The notes under the pieces: model-generated
What the model saw: only the letters and a program-made list of their open reading frames with translations
Databases searched by the model: none
Told to the model about the DNA's origin: nothing
From: Octopus sinensis
Taxonomy: Eukaryota
Length of the DNA stretch: 64,000 bases
Assembly (NCBI RefSeq): GCF_006345805.1
Contig: NC_042997.1
Location: 162,316,001 to 162,380,000, forward strand
Direction: 5' to 3'
Made by a program: the position numbers and the translations under genes
In this document: one piece after another, positions 48,156 to 61,887 of the stretch
How the letters are laid out: every line of letters begins with the position of its first letter
Numbering within the stretch: position 1 is the first letter of the stretch

Positions 48156-48664
48156 ACACACACATATATATATGTATGTATGTATGTATGTAAGAATGTA
48201 TGTATGTATGTAGATGGATGGATGGATATATGCTCGTCCCACCCCCACCCCCACCGCTTAACAACCAGTGTTGGTGTGTTTACGTCTCTGTAGAATAAGT
48301 ACCAGGTTTTAAAACAAAAGTAAGTACTAGGTTTGATTCGCTCGAGTAAAATTCTTCAAGGCGCTACTCCAGCATGGCCGCAGTCTAATGACTAAAACAA
48401 ATAAAAAGTAGTAGAAAGGATCCTCTTGAGGTTTGTCCAGAGATTTCAGATAAACGTGGCATATTTTTGCAAGATGTATACGATCAAAATTTCCTTAACG
48501 CTCTCACATCTTTAGAGAAATATAAGGAAATCACTCATCTCAACCAATACGTGAGCTCATTTTGATGGAGATACATTTTCAAGGCGATTTCAAAATAAGG
48601 TAATTGAATAGTGAAACTAGATAGGAAAGGAAGAACTGGTATGGAAATAATCTGTATATAAGCA

Positions 48665-49145
<481 letters not shown>

Positions 49146-49321
49146 ATTGAAAGAAATATTGTTTTCAAACATTTCTGAATACTAGTAGAATTGCGGGCGC
49201 CTGAGTCAAAAGACAATATAAGCTCTAAAGAACAATGCTGTTAATATTGTCAACGTTAAGGCTTTACAGCAGCTCCCTGGTAAGAACTACTTTTACGCGT
49301 CAATTTACACAGTTCGTGGAA

Positions 49322-49881
49322 GGCGGTGAGATGGCAGAATCGTTTGTACGCCGGGTGAAATGCGTAGCCCTTATTTCGTCTGCCGCTACGTTCTGAGTTC
49401 AAATTCCGCTGAGGTCGACTTTGCCTTTCATCCTTTCGGGGTCGATAAACTAAGTACCAGTTACGCACTGGGGTCGATATAATCGACTTAATCCGTTTGT
49501 CTGTCCTTGTTTGTCCATTCTGTGTTCAGCCCCTTGTGGGTAGTAAAGAAATAGGTATTTCGTCTGCCGTTACGTTCTGAGTTAAAATTCCGCCGAGGTC
49601 GACTTTGCCTTTCATCCTTTCGGGGTCGATAAATTAAGAACCAGTTACGCACTGGAGGTCGATGTAATCGATTTAATCCGTGTGTCTGTCCTTGTTTGTC
49701 CCCTCTGCGTTTAGCCCCTTGTGGGTAGTAAAGAAATAGGTATTTCGACTGCCGTTACGTTCTGAATTCGAATTCCGCCATTCATCCTTTCGGCGTACCA
49801 GTTTCGCACTGGGGCCGATGTAATCGCCTTAATCCCTTGTTTTTCCCTTCTATATTTAGCCCCGGTGGGCAATAAAGAAAT
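49322..49881 (+). mobile_element. Head-to-tail trimer of family-A SINE
   Basis: Units 49322-49554, 49555-49739 and 49740-49881; units 2 and 3 both start at GTATTTCG directly after AAAGAAATAG. Confidence 0.9.
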
Positions 49882-50009
49882 ATATATATATATATATATA
49901 TTAGATAATAAATCGTATGCTATACACCTGGAAGCTTACCAGTGATGCTCGTTCACTTTCACAGTGTTCGTTGGGTATTTAAATAATGAGAGAGAGACGG
50001 AAGATGGAG

Positions 50010-50095
50010 TTACCTGAAGGGCCACATCTAAACCAGTTGTTAAGTATCCAACCCATGAGGGATAGATGCTAGATAGGTCGAAACAATTGTAGTGA
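50010..50095 (+). ncRNA. Decayed hammerhead-like motif (PLE type)
   Basis: TTAC-CTGAAG-GGCC-ACATCTA...TAGATG...GGTC-GAAA-CAATTG-TA-GTGA followed by AATAAA; core lacks A9. Confidence 0.4.
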
Positions 50096-50472
50096 TTAAT
50101 AAACATTCTCGTATCTTCTAGCTTCTGTGTCTCTCATTATTCATATACACACGCGTTCGCATACACATACACACACACACACACATATATATAAAATTAA
50201 ATAAGGATAGAAATTGATATTAATCAATTAAAACCAGTGGCTTAGTATATTTTAAAAAATCCGAAGATTAAAAATTGTTTTACCTACAAAATTTAGAGGA
50301 CTGACCACTAAAAGTGGTACATAGGTAATCGTTTTTTTATTTCGTATATTTTCATGTGTCTTGCTTACTTTTACACTTTGGTTTTTGCCGAGATGCTTCG
50401 TGGTAAATGGCGATTTGACGTCTATGTTTAGCATATAGGCTGTTCACTTTTAGTGGTCAGTCTTCTAAATTT

Positions 50473-50523
<51 letters not shown>

Positions 50524-51265
50524 TATATAATCCAGTAAGTATATATACATATATACATCTAGTAAGTATCGAAACTTCAATGGTGTAGAGCATGAGATTT
50601 TTTGCTAGTCAGATTTCAGTAAATAAGCATGATGGGACCCAGCTTACGAGTGAGCATAATGAGCGTTCTTACTTCAAGATTAAAACAATGCGGCGGGGCA
50701 TGAATATGTACTTAAGCTGAAGCACTAGAATTTAGTACGGTATTATCCATACAATTTCAAAACAAGGTGATTAAAATCAAAATAAGCAAAGATAGCCTTG
50801 TTGCTTATTTTGATTGTTTATGTGTGTGTGTGTGTGTGTGTATTGATTACCGGAATTTTTGTCATTCCTATATCTTTGCCAAATTCCTATTTGCTGTGTC
50901 CGTCAATAAATCCTTGTGTCACATATTGACGGTAGCTGGCTGCAGTTGGAGGTTACTTGTTATATGTTCACGTGTAGGAAGCAAGAACAAACTTTATGCT
51001 AATGTTCAAAGTGGAAAAGCTAAAAAAAAAAAAAAATTGTTTGCCGTGAATCAATTAGCTGAAAATAGTTTGTCTAAGTCCTGTCATAGGCAAAGGAAAG
51101 TATAAAACGCAAAGTTTTTAGTACTCTGTGACTACCTTCTGCTCCAAGTTCTCTTAAGTCAGCACATCTTCCTCGCAGATTTATTTATGTTTCGCAATAA
51201 TACAATGCTACCACAGACTTCTTCTTTAGTCTATATCTTGTTTTAATCGCTACTTTATTTATTAA

Positions 51266-51562
51266 CTAGCAGTATCGCCCGGCGTTGCTCGGGTTTGTAA
51301 GGGAAATACCTATATAAGCATTTTTAGAGAGTTACTTCCCTTATATAATAGCAAGAAAATGCATTAAAAATGGGAAAAAATGATGGTAATTTTTTTAAAA
51401 AATCGTAGACTCGTCGTAGACGCGCTAATACCCAGTAGGGCTCGATATGAATCACGACTACAAGATACCCGCTTTTGGTTAAACTGCACCGCAAAATGTG
51501 GGAGTAGTTAGGAATCTAAATCGTAGGAGACAGACACACAACTTCACTTTTATATATAAAGA
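51266..51562 (-). mobile_element. Short non-autonomous Helitron
   Basis: Minus strand A|TCTTTATATATAAAAG 5' end; CCCGAGCAACGCCGGG hairpin and CTAG|T 3' end; termini resemble 21104-22050. Confidence 0.9.
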
Positions 51563-52061
51563 TATTTTTTTCAGATAATAATCAATGTGTCAATATTGTA
51601 GAATTTTCAAATATTCAAAGGTGATTAAATCCGCAGTCTGTTTTCCGATATAGGGGAGCAATAGATTTAATGTGCATAAAACAAACTTAACGGAAGAGCC
51701 TTTACGAAGTCATTTGACCTGCTAGAAATAACAGCCAAATCTCCCTTATCCAAAAGAAGAGCTTGCTTGGGTAATGTAGTTCTAGATATATATTATTTAG
51801 TTAGAGAATCTTGAACTAATCACTGTTGATCATAGATTTGTTCAGTCAAAATTGTATTAACAAGATCTAGAATTCTTATTTACATTCTTTAATCTTCGAA
51901 TAGCTTCAATTGAAGAGGCACAACCATGATGAAACAGCGCGGTGCCTGAATGCCTCCTTACTTAAAAAAAAAACCCCAAAAACCCAATATGCTATGATCT
52001 GAAACTTGTTCTGCATTGACTTTAAAAGCAGCGATTAGTATATTCACGTCTGAATCTAATC

Positions 52062-52118
<57 letters not shown>

Positions 52119-52119
<1 letters not shown>

Positions 52120-52326
52120 GTGACCTCGTGTGTACCGTTGGCGATTTGTTTTCCTCTGTCTTCCCTTCTCTGGATCTTTCCTTCTCCTATGTTTCCGACG
52201 AAGAGCTCCGCTCGAAACGTTAAACCCTCCTTCTTTCCTTCTTTCCTGAGCGTCCAATAATACTATATTTGTTCCACGTCCTCGCGTTGTTGTGTTTTTT
52301 TGTGCTTTCTTGTTTGGATTAACTAT
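52119..52326 (+). mobile_element. Penelope-like terminal repeat fragment with hammerhead-like motif (52191-52225)
   Basis: GTTT-CCGACGA-A-GAGC-TCC-GCTC-GAAA-CGTT-AAAC: all three stems pair, core has U4C. Confidence 0.7.
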
Positions 52327-52334
52327 ATATATAT

Positions 52335-52378
<44 letters not shown>

Positions 52379-52759
52379 ATGTACATATATGTATATGTGT
52401 GTGTGTGTATATATATATATGTATGTATGTGTGTGTACAAAGCTAAGTCACATGTCATTTATGTTTGTTGGTTTTGTCAGGGTTTAGGAATATTACCCGA
52501 AGGATTAGGTCCTTCACTGAACGGAATAGAAAACACCTAACTGGAAAACTACGTTGCTCATAAAAATTCTGTTTCAGAATCCATATTCAACGCTGCGACT
52601 TACATTCGTTTCCGTTCTCTCGGTTTTCCTTCTTCATAACACTTACTGTACTTTGCACTTTCTTCTTATCTCAGTGAGATAATTCTACCTTTATTGTTTA
52701 ATTTTTGTTTGCAAATATCTGTTTCGCTCTAGCAACATTTGTGAAATAATCTTCGTATC

Positions 52760-53060
52760 GTGGAGGCACATGGCCTAGTGGTTAGAGCAGCGGATTCGCG
52801 GTCGAGGGACCGTGGTTTCGAATCTCAGACTGGGCGATGTGTGTGTTTATGAGCGAAACATCTAAGCTCCACGCGGCTCCGGCAGAAGGTAATGGCGAAC
52901 TTCTGCTGACTCTTTCGCCACAACTTTCTCTCACGCTTTCCTCCTGCATATTGCAACTCACCTGCGACGGACCGGCGTCTCGTCCAGGTTGGGAACCTAC
53001 ACGCTAAGGAATCCGGGAAACCGGCACTATTGAGCCAAGCATGGCTCGAGAAGGAACAAT
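52760..53060 (+). mobile_element. Family-B-related SINE with a different tail
   Basis: TGGCCTAGTGG A box, GGTTTCGAATC B box, AAACATCTAAGCTCCACGCGGCTCCGG block shared with 488-790. Confidence 0.75.
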
Positions 53061-53104
53061 CTTCGTATCTGTCAGAGAATAGAGTAATCAGAGGATTATT
53101 ATAC

Positions 53105-53819
53105 TGGTTTCACATTTTGGCACAAGGCCTGCAATTTCAGAGAGAGGGGTAAGTCGATTACATTGACCCCGGTATTCAAATGGTACTTATTTGATCGATT
53201 CCGGAATAATAAAAGACAAAGTCGACCCCAACGACATTTGAACTCAGAACGTAAAGATAGACGTGTCGTTAAGCATTTTCCCTGGTGTGTTAAAGATTTT
53301 ACCAGCTCACCACCTTAGGGGATTATTGTACAAAATATTTTTATTGTGCCCTTGGTAGAAGGTGGCGAGCTGGCAGAATTGTTAGCACGCAGGGCAAAAA
53401 TGATTAACGACATTTCGTCTGCCTTTGCGTTCTGAGTACAAATTCCGCCGAGGTCTACTTTGCGTTTTATCCCATTCGGGGCCGATAAACTAAGTATTAG
53501 TTGAGCACCGGGGTCGGTGTAAACAACTTACCGTCTTCCGTGAAATTGCTGCCCTTGTGTCAAAATTTAAAACCAATAAGATGGGTAGAAGAGGTAGTGA
53601 GCTCTGGCAGAATTGCTAGCGCGCTAAACAAAATGCATAGCAATATTTCGTCCGACTTTACATTCTCGGTTCAAATTCCGCTGAGGTCCACTTTGCTGTT
53701 CATCCCTTTTGGGACAATAAGATAAGCACTAGTTGAGCACTGGATCCGATATGATCGACTGCTCCGCCACCCACAAAATTTCAGGCCTTCTACCCATCTT
53801 ATGCCTGTAATAGAAAGGA
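53105..53819. mobile_element. Cluster of three old family-A SINEs (minus 53105-53316; plus 53361-53578; plus 53593-53819)
   Basis: Diverged heads and central blocks; first two are head-to-head, about 45 bp apart. Confidence 0.8.
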
Positions 53820-54466
53820 GTATTTAGTAGGTTGGTAGACTCATTACTGCGTCGAACAAAATGCCTTTTTGGTATATTTTTCGCTTTCATCTTTCCTAGT
53901 TCAAATCACACCAAGGCTAAATCAATTTTACTCCATCTAGAATTGATGAAATAGAGTACAAATTTAGTACTAAATAATTTCCCACTAAATTTAAGGTTTC
54001 TGCCTATATTAGCAAATAAGCATCCCCATTCCCGAAGTCACACTGTTTCAGCTGGTGCCCTCTCTTGCCGGTCGCATTTACCTTAGGGGCCGGTCGCATT
54101 TTCTGACATTCTAATTTTCTGGCACTCTAATTTTCTGACATTCCTATCAAGATCACTCTCTCCCACCTGGAATACCCACTTTACTTATATCTACATATGT
54201 GTGTGTGTGTGTGTGATGGTCAGTTTATGGTATACATCTATGTGTGCTATATATGTGCCGTGTCTGTGATTCCCTTTTACCATGATAAATATGATACATT
54301 CGGATCGGTTATATTTGGAACTCATTGCAATTATTTGTCGCTATTTCTGTTTGTAAGAATCATTGCAGTGTTGTATCCTTCCATACATATTCACGTTTAT
54401 GTATTCACACAATAATACAGTAGTTAATAATATTTTTTTTCTTATTAATATTAATTGGAGCGATAA

Positions 54467-54867
54467 GGCGGCGAGCTGGCAGAAACGTCAGCATGCCGGG
54501 CGAAATGCCTAGCGGTATTTCGTCTGCCGTTACGTTCTGAGTTCAAATTCCTCCGAGGTCGACTTTGCCTTTCATCCTTTCAGGGTCGATTAAATAAGTA
54601 CCAGTTACGCACAGGGGTCGATATAATCGACTTAATCCGTTTGTCTGTCCTTGTTTATCCTCTCTGTGTTTAGCCCCTTGTGGGTAGTAAAGAAATAGCA
54701 GAATCATTGCCGCGACGGACAAAATGCTTAGATGTATTTCGTCCGTCTTTGTGTTCCTTGTTCAAATACCGCCGAGGTTGATTTTGCTTTCATCCTTTCG
54801 GGGTCGAACGCGACTTAATCCTCTTCTCCCGAAATTGCCTACTTTGTACCAAAATTTAGAAACAATA
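54467..54867 (+). mobile_element. Young family-A SINE (54467-54697) abutting an older copy (54698-54867)
   Basis: Tail AAAGAAATA joins directly to GCAGAATC of a diverged copy with the other tail type. Confidence 0.85.
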
Positions 54868-57539
54868 TTAAGTGAAGCGTTTTTGCTCTTTTAAAATTTA
54901 CCAATTAAGTAGAAAATTTTTGAAGTAATTCAGAAATATTTCCTAATTATAATTTCACGAGAAAACCTTCGATAGCATTCTCTCAGAATATACGAATAGT
55001 ATTATTGATATTTCAGAATAACAGTATAATACTTCTAGAGACTACGGTATTCTAGCAAATGTGCTTACCTAACCGTTTTCTGTACCTGTGTGGCGTGTGA
55101 GCGATTCTAATGTACAGAAGATTAAGAAGAAATAAAACGGGAAATCGTTGGCATATTAATATATATGTAGTGGTTAGAAGCAACTAGAAGTAGATAATTA
55201 ACGTCCATAACAAACAAGAAAAATTGTAGGAAACCGATCCTTGCGTTACAGCAAAGGTAATAGAATATAAGTCGGAAATAAATCATCAGCAAACTTTGCT
55301 GTGATTTGGTCTCACAGTAAACAGCCAACTTAAGTGATGAGTGGTGCATTAGACGTAGAAGTAGTTTTTATATCTCCGAAGTTGTTATCATACGACCAAA
55401 GATAACAGATTTGGTTTTGTAAAATTCTCATGAGTGAGAAACAATTAGGACCTAACGTAAAGAAGTCTCCGGCTCCAAAGGTTTGTTGTCACAGAGCAGG
55501 GAGAGATACTGAAGTTTGTTACCAACCGATTATTCAACTGCTTGAAGTTGCTGCGTGAAGGAGACGGAACCGTTGTTAGCAGCGTCAGATAATTTTTTTT
55601 TGTTAAATGGCCCATATTGCTATATATTTCAATATTTGTTTCATGATTCCTGTCGAGATAGAAATAGTGAAGAGTCTGGGGAAGATACAAGCTTGCTCTG
55701 TAGCAAAATGTTAAGGGAAAGATCAACAATTACACTTTATGGGACTAGTGACTTATCTATCGTTTACCGGGCGACTGCGTTGCCTGTTAAAACACATTGA
55801 ATTTGATCACATTTATCACCTTTAAGATGCTGGTGCGAAAGACATCGGTCAACAGTTTGTAGGTTCGAAGATATTGCAATTACTGTTTCCAATTAGTGGC
55901 TATACGTACCTGTAAAAAGGTAAAATTAAGCTTGTTGGCTAGAATAGTAGACACCTCTGGCAAATATTGTGGCAAAGTGATAAAATTCATCAACCGAGGC
56001 CAGTTTGTTGAAAGCTGACATCAATAGCAACTTCGCTTGCAATGGTTTACCTGTGCAGATCTGTAAATTCAAGAACTAGAGTGGAAGGATCCACTAAAGG
56101 CAGACGAGAACTCTCATCGCTTACATTTATTGAATAATTGGTGTCTGTAGAACATTTTAGAAATGGTTGCTTTCCTGACTTAAATTTCATTTTACCAAAC
56201 TTTCATTTACAGATGTCTAGTTTATTAATAAGCAACTTATTCCAATTAATTTGAATAATTACTGGCTGTATGTCTTAGTAAATTTTCAAAAAAATCTACT
56301 TCTGAACACTATAATCAAATAAAGTATGGGGGAACATAAAAATAAAGAGCTTTCTCAGACTCATAAATAATTCTCATTCGATGGCATGGATAATCAACGT
56401 AGAATTGGCTTAAAACCAGTGGAATAACCAAGAGCATCGTATGTATTCTTTCATAAGTTCGAACTTAGGATTACGGCCATATAGGAGCACCACTTTGAAA
56501 AGTATTAGTCAACTGTATAGACTCCAGCGTTTATTTCAGCTTGGTACATATTTTATCAATCTCCAGTCATCGAATCCCTGAGGTACGTTCTTTGTCAAAA
56601 AGTAGCTTAACTTCATATGCTGATAACAAAGACACACATGAGAATTATTTGAAATCCATTCTCCCCGATTGTGCAATTCTTATTGACATACAGTCATAGC
56701 ATCGACTACCAAGTGAGTCATTTTACTCATTCAGGGATTAAATACCTCGGTCAGATGGACTAAGAACGAACTGCTTGGAGTCAAGTATATCTATCTGTTC
56801 CATAACCACTGGCATGTATTTAAGCGTCCCAACTTATTTACAAAGTAGAGAATTCTGAAGATATTTTACTACCATTATAAGACAATTATTATTTCTTGAT
56901 GGAATATGAAGCGATCACGTCTTTCCTTTGTCCGTCTCTGTTGATTTATATTCAACCATTATCTCATTAGTTCAACAACGTCTGATAAGGTGAATAGTTA
57001 TTGAAGCATCTTGATATTCCGCTAGGAAATTTTTGACAAATATTTCATATTTTCTTCATGTCATATATTTCTTTCCATTTGTTTAATTCTCATTGATATA
57101 GAGTCATAGCATCGACTACCTGTTGAGTAATGCACTTTCAGTGAATAAATATCTCGCATAAATTAATTAATGTTGTTTCGCCTATGTTCATGTGTGTGTA
57201 TCGTTTATCCAATATGTATGTGTGTCTGAGCACATGCTCGTGCGCATATGTATGTATAATTATGTGTGTGTGTGTGTGTGTGTAGGTTGAATAAGTCGCC
57301 ATTATGTGAAGTTCTAGTCAAAATGAATTTGATAATAAATTTGACTCTACCTTCAATATTTAATCTTCTCATTAGTAAGTGCTCTGTTATTCTTAAATTT
57401 ATATTGAAATAGTAACCTAAATATACCACACACACACACACACACACACACCTAGTGAAATTTTATGATGGTGCCTCCAGCATGGCCGCCCTGTAGTAAC
57501 CGAAACAAATGAATAATAAATACATGGGCATTTTTATGC

Positions 57540-58680
57540 GTTAGTTAGAAAAGGAAGGACAGTGCCCATTAGTTTTCTAAGCTTTCCTAGAAAGGAGACC
57601 AGTTGAACACCTGCAATAAACATTTGAAAACAAAATTCGAGCAGGGAAAGAATTCCAAAGGATTACTTCTCTGTAGAGGAGTGATTGGGTGATGGAACAC
57701 AGACAGCAGCGGGATTACATGAATGAGTTGAGTATGTGTAAGTACACGTGGTATGTGCTCTTCAAAGGGCCAGAGACTTGCAGTAGCAGTTAAAGTGACA
57801 AAGAGCATCATATTTCTCAGCTAGGTGTTGTTGCGTGGTTCTAAAGATTGGAACAGATTCTTGTTGAGGGAGAAATATTGAATAGTTTGGAAAGTAGGGG
57901 TATTAGGTATGGGATATACTATTTGAACGAAATAGTTTGGACATTGTGACGACCTGTGTGTACATGATTGTTAGGCATCTGGGACGGACAAAGAAAGTTA
58001 TCGAGAAGATTTAGCAAGCCTACGCAATGTTAGAGGTAAAGTGGTCTGCGATTGTTGTAGTTTTCTCAGCAAGAGAGCCACTTACAGAACCATTTTGCCA
58101 AGATGTCAGACATTTCTTAGAAAGTGAAGAAAAGGAATTGAAGGCTGTGATGAAAGTTTCTCGTGCTGTTCTGGGGGTTGCCTTGCAGGCATTGCAATCA
58201 TGAGTAAAAACCTCCCAAATGTTGAAAATGGGCGATTTCTTCCAGGTATTTCAGAGAGTTTTCTTTTATTTGCCAAAACTGCTACAATACATACAAGCAG
58301 TTACAGGGAACTCATTTAGCAGATTTTGAGTCTTAGGATTTGATTGCGTGGGGAACAAAAGAGAACACGCTTATGTGGTTGGCTTCGATCACTCGTTTAA
58401 TTGTCTCAGACAGGTTGAAGACAAAGTAAAATTCTGGTCAGGTATAGTTGTCATGGAAACCGACGGAAGTCCCCGGTCATTTCACTGGCTTGAATTACCA
58501 ATGAGTATAAAAGATGGCAGGGGTTGTGAAGCATGAGGTTTTCTGGAAGTTGGTCCGGTGGGTACATAAGTGTTCTGTAGGTATATGCTAAAACATAATC
58601 AATGATGTTTGTAGTGTCATGAATTTGGATAGCTGATGATATTATATGGTGTAAGCAGTTGAAAATGGCTCCAGACATTA
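57540..58680 (-). mobile_element. Decayed CR1/L2-like LINE fragment
   Basis: Microsatellite-free, more GC-rich stretch; minus-strand GAIFNCLHH resembles the AP-endonuclease GDFN-x-HH motif. No clean ORF. Confidence 0.4.
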
Positions 58681-58681
58681 T

Positions 58682-58719
<38 letters not shown>

Positions 58720-59169
58720 TATTATTATATAGAATAAGAATCACTTTTAACCATTTAAGAACACACATAAATTTCAAATTTCTTCTATTTTTTAATGTTC
58801 TTCCTAATCTTGGCACAAAGCCAGCAGTTTTTAAGGAATGGTGCAAGTCGATCACATCGATCCCAGTACATGACTGGTATTTAATTTGTCGACTTCGAAG
58901 GATAAAAAGCAGAGTCGACCTTTTGAAGTAAGATAAAAATTTCCTTCCACTTTGAGACCAGCTTGAGTGATATTAATACAGCTTAGTCGTTTTAAAATTA
59001 GAATGTACACTTATACTTAATCTTGATGTCCGTGCTTAAGCATATTTAAGTCAGTGTTTCATATTTAGAATATAAAGTTCCCATAGCGTTTACTGAATAT
59101 TCTTAGGGATAACTGATGAAGCGGCTTACATTAAAAGTGTTGGTAATACGATCGTACGTCAGGAGTTGG

Positions 59170-60170
59170 TGACAAATGTGTCCTTTTTAAACGCCGCACG
59201 GTTGCCCCTAACAGAATAAAAATCCAAATACATGATATAAAATACAGTGCCAAAAGGAATAAATGAGGACGACAACCGTTCTACTGTTTGAGAGAAGAGA
59301 AGACTTTATTTACGAATGTGTACAAAGAGAGAGTATGGGTACTAGCAAAGTGGAGTGTCTATGAGCATGTGACAAGTGTTTGTGTCTGTGTGTTCGTTTG
59401 TGCGACAGAAGCTGTATGCGTATAAAACAGAATACAGAGCATGAGATGAATCTCTCAGCATATTGAGTTAGATGGAATTAGTTTACCAGTTCGTGAGTTT
59501 ATAGCAATAGTTCTGTAACAAGATGTTGGGGTCACGAGGCAGAATGCTGGTTGGACACATGTCGTGTAGCGGTTGTAGCTTCAATGCCGTGCCGAGTCTC
59601 TTGATACAGGAAGTTCTTTCAGGTAGACTGGAACTGTTTACCTCGTTGAAATATTCACAACAGCATGGAATTTAAACCTGAGCGAATGCTGTGTACGTAT
59701 TTGAAGTTGACGGTGTTAATGGCGACGGTGGTGGAGACGTCCTACGTTGCTGGAGTATATTAGCGTCGTCATGGCTAGATCAGGAACAGGATTGGCTGAC
59801 TGGTCGTCTGTCGCTAGAACTGGAACATGACTGAATCGCTCGGTGGTCAGAGGTTAGTCCTGAAAAGGACTGGAACCTAAGACTGGTGTTGTTGGAACAT
59901 GGTTGAGTGCTCTGTGGTTAGTGACTAGACCTTAGAAGTTCTAGAGCCAAAGACCTGGAATAGTGAATGCTGGCGCCTTATAAAGCCGGGGGTAGGCTCA
60001 AACAAGGCATGAGAAAAAACAATGTCACGAAACCTTATCCAAAGATGGTGATTGGTTGGCTTGCACACTGGCGCGAAATAAGTTGAGAGACAAACTGTGC
60101 CAATGCCAACCAATCAGAGCAGTGGACACAACAGGGTCAAACTAGCCAAACATGGTTGTTATCTCACACA
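59170..60170 (-). mobile_element. Solo-LTR-like unit
   Basis: About 1 kb, GC-richer, TG...CA ends, CCAAT boxes at 60051-60114, TATA-like at about 59976-59984, minus-strand AATAAA at about 59304; no TSD found. Confidence 0.4.
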
Positions 60171-60408
60171 AGATCATTTCTAATATATCTCTCAAACAGT
60201 GAGGATATCACTGACGCTACAGAAGTATTGAGTCTCAGTGAAACGTTTTCACGAAAGTCAAGTAATTAGCTTTGACATCAAGGACAATGTGAATTCAGAG
60301 AATTCATTCTTCTGACGAAAAAAAATTACATGCTATAACAAAGTTAAGAACAATAACAAAAGTAACAAGGACAAAAACAACAAATATTCGAAATATTCAA
60401 TAATTAGA

Positions 60409-60418
60409 TTTATTTATT
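60409..60418 (-). terminator. Probable polyadenylation signal(s) of reflectin-3
   Basis: Two overlapping AATAAA on the minus strand about 130 nt after the stop; another overlaps the stop cluster at 60540-60545. Confidence 0.5.
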
Positions 60419-60546
60419 TCAGTTATATAATAGATTGATAATATTTGTTGAAGCACTGAAGAAGGAAATAATTACGTTTCATTTCAAATTTTGGTATAAG
60501 AAATAAATATTCGTTCTTATAGGATTTCCTGTACGCTGATTTATTA

Positions 60547-61869
60547 TTACCAGAAGTTATCGCTGCTATAATTATTCGAATCCATCCAACGACCATCAAA
60601 ATCCATCTGATAACCGGACATATCAAAGAACCTTTCAGGGTAGTCTTGATATCTCTGACCCCAGTTGAAATTATGGCTTTGAGAGGGATTGCTGTTTTGT
60701 TGGTATCTATTAGAGTGATTGTAGTTACCGGAGAAAGGCTGACACTGACGATCATCCATATCCATCCAATGACCATCGAAATCCATCTGGTAGTTACCCA
60801 TATCGAAGAGCCTCTCTGGGTGCTGGATATATCTTTGACCCCAATTGAAATGATGAGGGAGGCTGTGCTGATATCTGCCATGAAAGTTATTATAGCCATA
60901 GAAAGGATTAGAATAACGACCATACATATCCATCCAGCGACCGTCAAAATCCATCTGATAATTGCCAATATCGAAGTTCCTATCTTGGTATCTTTGACCG
61001 TAACTGAAACTGTTTTGAGGTTGGCCATGATGCTGTCTTCCTTGGTTGTTGTTGTTATAACCATTGAAAGGCGACTGATTACGGCCGAACATATCCATCC
61101 AGCGACCATCAAAATCCATCTGGTAGTTGCTCATATCGAAGTATCTTTCTGGGTAGTGGTAATATTTTTGACCCCAATTGTAGTTGTAGTGAGGGTACAT
61201 GTTATAACTGTATTGTTTACCATAATAATTGCTATTATCATAGAATGGGTGGCAATGGCGACCGTAGGTATCCATCCATTTTCCATCAAGATCCATCTGA
61301 TAGTTGCTCATGTCGAAGAACCTATCTGGGTAGTTAACGCCTCTTTGACCCCAGCTATAGTTAACATGAGGGTAATTCTGATGGTGTCTGCTACCATAGT
61401 TGCTGAAAGGGCTTGAATAACGACCATTTGAATCCATCCAGCGTCCATGCATATCCATTTGGAAGTTGGACATGTCCATTAATTTCTCAGGGTTGTACAT
61501 ATGGTAGTTTTCATAGTTGTTGCTTGGATAATTCATATGACGTCTGCTATAGGGATTGCAGTGACGACCGTACTTGTCCATATAACGGCCACGCATGTCC
61601 ATCTGGTACCCAGACATGTCCATATGTCTTTCAGGGAATTGCATAAAGCGACCATGCTTTTGGAATTTATCATTGTCATAAAAGCCAGTGTTGTGCATCG
61701 ACCTGTAGTTGGAGTTTCTACCGTAGTAATCATTACACCTAGGCTCGACAAGTCTTCCGGAAGAATCCAAGTATTTTCCTTGGAAATCCATTGTCATTCT
61801 TGTCATTGGTTCCATGACACCTCTGTGTTTTCTGCTGCTATTACGAAACATATTTCTGGAACGATTCAT
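60547..61869 (-). CDS. reflectin: Reflectin (440 aa, divergent; N-terminal motif plus 7 reflectin motifs)
   Basis: MEPMTRMTMDFQGKYLDSSGRLVEPR plus seven motifs such as PERYFDMSNYQMDFDGRWMD; ends with TAA TAA TAA. Confidence 0.97.
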   Translation of the reverse strand: MNRSRNMFRNSSRKHRGVMEPMTRMTMDFQGKYLDSSGRLVEPRCNDYYGRNSNYRSMHNTGFYDNDKFQKHGRFMQFPERHMDMSGYQMDMRGRYMDKYGRHCNPYSRRHMNYPSNNYENYHMYNPEKLMDMSNFQMDMHGRWMDSNGRYSSPFSNYGSRHHQNYPHVNYSWGQRGVNYPDRFFDMSNYQMDLDGKWMDTYGRHCHPFYDNSNYYGKQYSYNMYPHYNYNWGQKYYHYPERYFDMSNYQMDFDGRWMDMFGRNQSPFNGYNNNNQGRQHHGQPQNSFSYGQRYQDRNFDIGNYQMDFDGRWMDMYGRYSNPFYGYNNFHGRYQHSLPHHFNWGQRYIQHPERLFDMGNYQMDFDGHWMDMDDRQCQPFSGNYNHSNRYQQNSNPSQSHNFNWGQRYQDYPERFFDMSGYQMDFDGRWMDSNNYSSDNFW

Positions 61870-61887
61870 TCTTGGGAAATTGTTTTA

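Noticed and set aside
49322-49881. Regularly spaced repeats resembling a CRISPR array (also the reflectin repeats)
   Set aside because: Units are 140-230-bp SINE copies or coding repeats without unique spacers; eukaryotic context with no cas genes.
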